Below, in pieces: positions 41,547 through 46,969 of a DNA stretch of 46,969 nt. Made by a program: the position numbers and the translations under genes. Positions within the stretch are counted from its first letter, which is position 1, and each line of letters starts with the position of its first letter. Under the pieces are notes generated by a model. That model searched no databases. It saw nothing but the letters and a program-made list of their open reading frames with translations, and was not told the origin of the DNA. This stretch comes from Chiloscyllium plagiosum (taxonomy: Eukaryota): the NCBI RefSeq assembly GCF_004010195.1, contig NW_025214593.1:1-46969 (forward strand). Direction: 5' to 3'.

Positions 41547-43964
41547 GAAATCACACAACTCCAGGTTATAGACCAAAATCACACAGCATCTGGTTATAAT
41601 CCGAAATCACACAACACCAGGTTATACTCCGAAATCACACAACTCCAGGTTATAGTCGGAAATCACACAACGCCACGTTATAGTCCGAAATCACACAACA
41701 CCAGGCTGTAGTCCGAAAGCACACGACTCCAGGTTAGAATCAGAAATCATGCAACATCAGGTTATATACAAAATCACACAACACCAGGTTATAGTCCAAA
41801 ATCACACAACATCAGGTGATAGTCCGAACTCACACAACACCAGGTGATAGTCCGAAATCACACAAAATCAGGTTATAGTCCAAAATCACACAACACCAGG
41901 TGATAGTCCGAAATCACACAAAATCAGGTTATACTCCAAAATCACACAACACCAGCTTATAGTCCGATATCACACAACATCAGGTTATCGTCCGAAATCA
42001 CACAACTCCAGGTTATACTCCAAAATCACACAACACCAGCTTATAGTCCGAAATCACACAACACCAGGTTATAGTCCGAAATCACACAACACCAGGTTAT
42101 AGGCCGAAATCACAGAACACCAGGTTATAGTCCGAAATCAAGAACACCAGGTTATAGAGCGAAATTGCACAACATCAGGTTATAGTCCGAAATCACACAG
42201 CGTCACATTATAATCCGAAATCAGACAACACCATGTTATAGTCCGAAATCTTACATCTCCAGTTTATAGTCCGAAATCACATAATATCAGGTTATAGTCC
42301 GAAATCACAGAACACCAGGTTATAGTCCGAACTCGCACAACACCAGGTTATAAACCGAAATCACACAGCACCAGGTTATAGTCCAAAATCACACAACACC
42401 AGGTTTTGGTCCGAAATCACACAACACCAGGTTATAGTCCAAAATCACACAACATCAGGTTATAGTCCAACATCACACAACATCATGTTGTGGTCCGAAA
42501 TCTCACAACACCAGCTTATAGTCCGATATCACACAGCACCAGGTTATAGTCCGAAATCACAGAGCACCAGGTTATAGTCCGAAATCACATAATATCAGGT
42601 TATAGTCCCAAAACACACAACACAAGGTAATAGTCTGAAATCACAGAACACCAGGTTATAGAGCGAAATCACACAACACCTTGTTATAGTCTGAAATCTT
42701 ACATCTCCAGCTTATAGTCCGAAATCACATAATATCAGGTTATAGTCCAAAATCACACAACACCAGGTTATACTCCGAAATCACACAACGCCACGTTATG
42801 CACCGAATTCACACAACACCAGGCTGTAGTCCGAAAGCACACACCAGGTTATTATCCGAAATCACACAACATCAGGTTATAGTCTGAAATCACACATCAG
42901 GTTATAGTCTGAAATCACATAACTTCAGGTTAAAGTCTGAAATCATGCAACACCAGGTTATAGTCCGAAATCACACAACTCCAGGTTATAGTCCAAAATC
43001 ACACACATCAGGTGATTGTCCGAAATCACACAAAATCAGGTTATACTCCGAAAGCACATAACACCAGCTTATAGTCCGATATCACACANNNNNNNNNNNN
43101 NNNNNNNNNNNNNNNNNNNNNNNNNNNNNNNNNNNNNNNNNNNNNNNNNNNNNNNNNNNNNNNNNNNNNNNNNNNNNNNNNNNNNNNNNNNNNNNNNNNN
43201 NNNNNNNNNNNNNNNNNNNNNNNNNNNNNGAAATCACACAGCACCAGGTTATAGTCCGAAATCACACAACACCAGGTTATAGTCCGATATCACACAACAC
43301 CAGATTGTAGTCCGAAATCACGCAACACAAGATTATAGTCCAAAATCACACAAACCAGGTTATAGTCCAAAATCACACAGCACCAGGCAATAGTCTGAAA
43401 TAACACATCAGGTTATTCTCCGAAATCACACAATACCAGGTTATAGTCCGATATCACACAACACCAGGTTGTGGACTGAAATCACACAACATCAGGTTAT
43501 AGTCCGAAATTACACAACACCAGGTTATAGTCCGATATCACACAACACCAGGTTGTGGACTGAAATCACACAACATCAGGTTATAGTCCGAAATCACACA
43601 ACACCAGGTTATAGTCCGAAATCACACAACTCCAGGTTATAATGTGAAATCACACAACATCCGGTTATAGTCTAAAATCACACAACACCAGGTTATAGTC
43701 CAAAATCATACAACTCGAGGTTATAATCTGAAATCACACAACACCAGGTTATAGTCCGAAATCACACAACTCCAGGTTATAATGTGTAATCACACAACAT
43801 CCGGTTATAGTCCAAAATCACACATCACCAGGTTATAGTCCGAAATCACACAACTCCAGGTTATAGTCTGAAATCACACAACTCCAGGTTATAATGTGAA
43901 ATCACACAACACCAGTTATATTCCGAAATCACACAACATCATGTTATAGCCCGAAATCACACAA
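41547..43964. repeat. Diverged monomeric 28-bp satellite (consensus gaaatcacacaacaccaggttatagtcc)
   Basis: About 80 sequenced monomers with scattered substitutions and occasional 1-3 nt deletions; contains N gap 43089-43229. Confidence 0.97.
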
Positions 43965-43967
43965 AAA

Positions 43968-45158
43968 AGCCGGGCAGTTTGCTACGAAAAATGATCTGTT
44001 TGAGGTTTGGCGCTTGTTTAAAGGCAAGCAGTGGAGGTGTGGGGAAGGTCTTGGTGAGGTGCTCATCCTCATTGATAATGTGTTGCTGGTCACGCAGAAC
44101 ATGGCGTAGTTTTTCAGCTCCTGGGAAATACTGAACAACGTTGTACCCTGACGGTTGTACCCTGAGGGTTGTACCCTGTCGGTTGCAGCACGGGCCTGTC
44201 TCCTGAGGAGGTCATTGCGGTTCCTTGCTGTGGCACGTCAGAACTGGTGGTCGATGAGTTGAGCATCGTACCCTGTTCTTATGAGGGCATCCCTGATCAC
44301 TTACCGGTGCCTGTCACATTCCTCCTCATCTGAGCAGATCTGGTGTATGCGTAGGGCTTGTCCATAGGGAATGGCTGTTTTAAAATGTTTTGGGTGGAAG
44401 CTGGAGAAGTGTAGCATTGTGAGGTTGTCTGTGGGTTTGTGGGAGAGTGTGGTGCTGAGGTGTCCATCCTTAATGGAGATGCATGTGTCTAAGAATGAGA
44501 CAGACAGTCGAGAGTAGTCCATGGTGAGTTTGATGGTGGGATGAAACTTGTTGATGTCACTGTGTAGTTTTATCAGTGACTCCTCGCCATGGGTCCAGAG
44601 GAAGAAAATGTACCTGGTGTACAATGTTGGTTGGAGATCCTGCATAGAGAAGAAATCTTGTTCGAACCTGTGCATAAAAATGTTGGCATATTGGGGTGCA
44701 AATTTGGTCCCCATGGCTGTTCCGTGTGTCTGGATGAAGAATTCATTGTCAAAGGTGAAGACATTATGATCGAGGATAAAGCGGATGAGTTGTAGGACGG
44801 TGTTTGGAGACTGGCAGTTGTTGGTGTTGAGTACTGAGGCTGTTGCCACGATGCCGTCATTGTGGGGGATACTGGTGTAGAGTGCGGAAACGTCCATTGT
44901 GAGGAGGAATGTTCCCGGTTCGACTGGTCCGTGGGTGCTGAGATTCTGTAAGAAATCCGTAGTGTCACAACAAAAGTTGGAGATCCCCTGTACAATAGGT
45001 TTCAAGATGCCTTCCACATAGCCGAAGAGATTCTCACATAGGGTCCCATTGCCCAACACGATGGGACGTCCTGGTGTATTGGCTTTGTGTATCTTTGGAA
45101 GGCAGTAGAAGACCTCCTACACGAGAAGTACTTCTTTATCCTGAGCGTAGGATGAGAG
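43968..45158 (-). mobile_element. Penelope-like element reverse transcriptase, inactive, 5'-truncated, inverted segment
   Basis: FYCLPKIHKANTPGRPIV, TMDVSALYTSIPH, QTHGTAMGTKFAPQYANIFM, VSFLD, HPKHFKTAIPYGQALR, LAFKQAPNLKQIIFRSKLP. Catalytic YIDD reduced to RYIFF; in-frame stops downstream of 44301. Confidence 0.95.
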
Positions 45159-45226
45159 TGTACAAAGTTAAAAATCACACTACACCAGGTTATAGTCCAA
45201 GAGGTTTAATTGGAAGCACAGTAGCT
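45159..45226 (-). mobile_element. Inverted Penelope pseudo-LTR 3' tail
   Basis: Reverse complement (agctactgtgcttccaattaaacctcttggactataacctggtgtagtgtgatttttaactttgtaca) matches 46258-46325. Confidence 0.92.
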
Positions 45227-45311
45227 CCATACAACCCTGTCACGGTAGGCGCTGCAAGACGTGTCAGATTGTGGACATAGATACCACTATTACACGTGGG
45301 GACACCTCCCA
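45227..45311 (+). mobile_element. Penelope linker (Zn-knuckle-like) preceding GIY-YIG endonuclease; remainder in N gap
   Basis: IQPCHGRRCKTCQIVDIDTTITRGDTS, the PC-x4-CxxC motif characteristic of the PLE RT-EN linker. Confidence 0.85.
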
Positions 45312-45834
45312 NNNNNNNNNNNNNNNNNNNNNNNNNNNNNNNNNNNNNNNNNNNNNNNNNNNNNNNNNNNNNNNNNNNNNNNNNNNNNNNNNNNNNNNNN
45401 NNNNNNNNNNNNNNNNNNNNNNNNNNNNNNNNNNNNNNNNNNNNNNNNNNNNNNNNNNNNNNNNNNNNNNNNNNNNNNNNNNNNNNNNNNNNNNNNNNNN
45501 NNNNNNNNNNNNNNNNNNNNNNNNNNNNNNNNNNNNNNNNNNNNNNNNNNNNNNNNNNNNNNNNNNNNNNNNNNNNNNNNNNNNNNNNNNNNNNNNNNNN
45601 NNNNNNNNNNNNNNNNNNNNNNNNNNNNNNNNNNNNNNNNNNNNNNNNNNNNNNNNNNNNNNNNNNNNNNNNNNNNNNNNNNNNNNNNNNNNNNNNNNNN
45701 NNNNNNNNNNNNNNNNNNNNNNNNNNNNNNNNNNNNNNNNNNNNNNNNNNNNNNNNNNNNNNNNNNNNNNNNNNNNNNNNNNNNNNNNNNNNNNNNNNNN
45801 NNNNNNNNNNNNNNNNNNNNNNNNNNNNNNNNNN

Positions 45835-46324
45835 GGTGAATTTGTACTTGCAGAGTTACATTGCACTTTGCTCAAAAACTGCATACGTTCATGTAGAGCT
45901 CTGAGCTCAAAAACTGCATGAATGTATGTAAAACTCTGTATTTCACTTTTTAGATTGGAATCAATCTAAACATCAGGTCATAGACAGAGAACACAGGGGC
46001 CTAACACCTTCAACATATTGTCTAGCTATCACCATTGTTAACAGCTAACCCGAGAATGCAACTTTAAAAAAAGGGTTTTGTGATTTACACATGAAAGAAG
46101 TTAAACTATCACTGTATTCTAACAGATGAAAGGGTTAACAGACAATCAATTTTTCAATGTATAATTTCAGTTACATCACACTGTAAATTTTTGCTATAAA
46201 TTCTGTGTTACGATCGAGCCCTCCACAAACTGCCTGATGAAGGAGCGTCGCTCCGAAAGCTAGTGTGCTTCCAATTAAACCTGTTGGACTATAACCTGGT
46301 GTTGTGTGATTTTTAACTTTGTAC
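45835..46324 (+). mobile_element. Penelope pseudo-LTR / 3' region, copy 1
   Basis: Aligns with 46440-46887; ends with the hammerhead motif and ggactataacctggtgttgtgtgatttttaactttgtac. Confidence 0.9.
46231..46266 (+). ncRNA. Minimal hammerhead ribozyme motif in pLTR copy 1
   Basis: CTGATGA (46234-46240), stem II ggagc/gctcc, GAA-AGCT-A with palindromic helix III, then gtg. Stem I is poorly paired in this copy. Confidence 0.7.
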
Positions 46325-46887
46325 ACTCACATACACACACATATACACACTCTCTCACACTCTCAACCCCCAACCCAATCAGTCAGACAGATACACACAC
46401 ACACACACACACATACATAATGTATATATACATTTGTGGGGTGAATTTGTACTTGCAGAGTTACATTGTACTTTGCTTAAAAACTGCATGAATCCCTGTA
46501 AGACTCTGTTTTCTCACTTTTCAGATTAGAATCAGTATAAACATTATGGCACAGACAGGGAACACAGGGGGCTAACACCTTCAACATATTATCTAGCTAA
46601 CATTAATTGTTACAGTTAACCTGAGACTGTAACTTTTAAAAACAAGTTTTGTGATTTACACATGAAAGAAGTGAAACTATCATGGTATTTGAACAGAAAA
46701 AAAGACTCAACAAACAATCAAGGTATTTTTCAATGTATAATTTCAGTTACATCACACTTTTGCTATAAATTCTGTGTCTTACAATTGTTTCCTCCACATC
46801 CTCCTGATGAAGGAGCGACGCTCCGAAAGCTAGTGCTTCCAATTAAATCTGTTGGACTATAACCTGGTGTTGTGTGATTTTTAACTT
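46325..46887 (+). mobile_element. Penelope pseudo-LTR / 3' region, copy 2 (with upstream CA-rich tract)
   Basis: Direct, diverged repeat of copy 1 from ggtgaatttgtacttgcagagttacattg (46440) to gtgtgatttttaactt. Confidence 0.9.
46801..46836 (+). ncRNA. Minimal hammerhead ribozyme motif in pLTR copy 2
   Basis: ctc-CTGATGA-a-ggagc-gac-gctcc-GAAAGCTA-gtg. Confidence 0.7.
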
Positions 46888-46969
46888 CAATTATCCAGAC
46901 ATAGACACAGATACTTGTAGTAGGCAACGTGCAGCAATTGCTCCGAGATTGCATGCAGGAGAGTTTCTT

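Noticed and set aside
43016..43282. ORFs spanning the first N gap
   Set aside because: Artefacts of translating Ns.
22568..43964. CRISPR array (28-bp repeats)
   Set aside because: Monomers are head-to-tail with no unique spacers, there are no cas genes, and the context is vertebrate.
22568..43964. Telomeric (TTAGGG)n or a coding repeat
   Set aside because: Only an isolated AGGTTA/GGTTAG resemblance per monomer. The 28-bp period shifts frame and introduces stops, and the ORF track shows no ORF over the perfect block.
44301..45059. Functional RT or telomerase gene
   Set aside because: Motifs are PLE-type, the catalytic DD is deleted, and the ORF is 5'-truncated and followed by stops and a frameshift.
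45261..45921. ORFs of ~200 aa spanning the second N gap
   Set aside because: Almost entirely X; only the short PLE linker before the gap is real sequence.

Overview
Repeat-rich vertebrate genomic DNA. The HE1-type tRNA SINEs, CR1 LINEs and Penelope-like elements point to a cartilaginous fish (shark), which is an inference from repeat content. There are two N gaps (43089-43229 and 45312-45834). The first 22.5 kb is mostly decayed SINE, CR1, Rex/Babar and Penelope debris, with a 500-bp tandem duplication. It also holds a probable spliced minus-strand gene or pseudogene for a small secreted Cys-containing protein that the ORF track misses (TATA+Inr, signal-peptide exon 9284-9377, exons 4377-4579 and 3816-3929). 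A ~21.4-kb array of a 28-bp monomer fills 22568-43964: about 169 apparently identical 112-bp 4-mer higher-order repeats, then ~2.4 kb of diverged monomers. Main observation: the monomer (gaaatcacacaacaccaggttatagtcc) is, at 27/28 nt, the reverse complement of a segment just downstream of the hammerhead-ribozyme motif in the pseudo-LTR of the Penelope-like element that abuts the array. The array starts at the broken end of a CR1 and runs, in cDNA polarity, into an inverted Penelope RT segment. This suggests a satellite seeded by a Penelope element, possibly through telomerase-like reiterative template copying (inference). The perfect homogeneity of the 19-kb block could be an assembly artefact.
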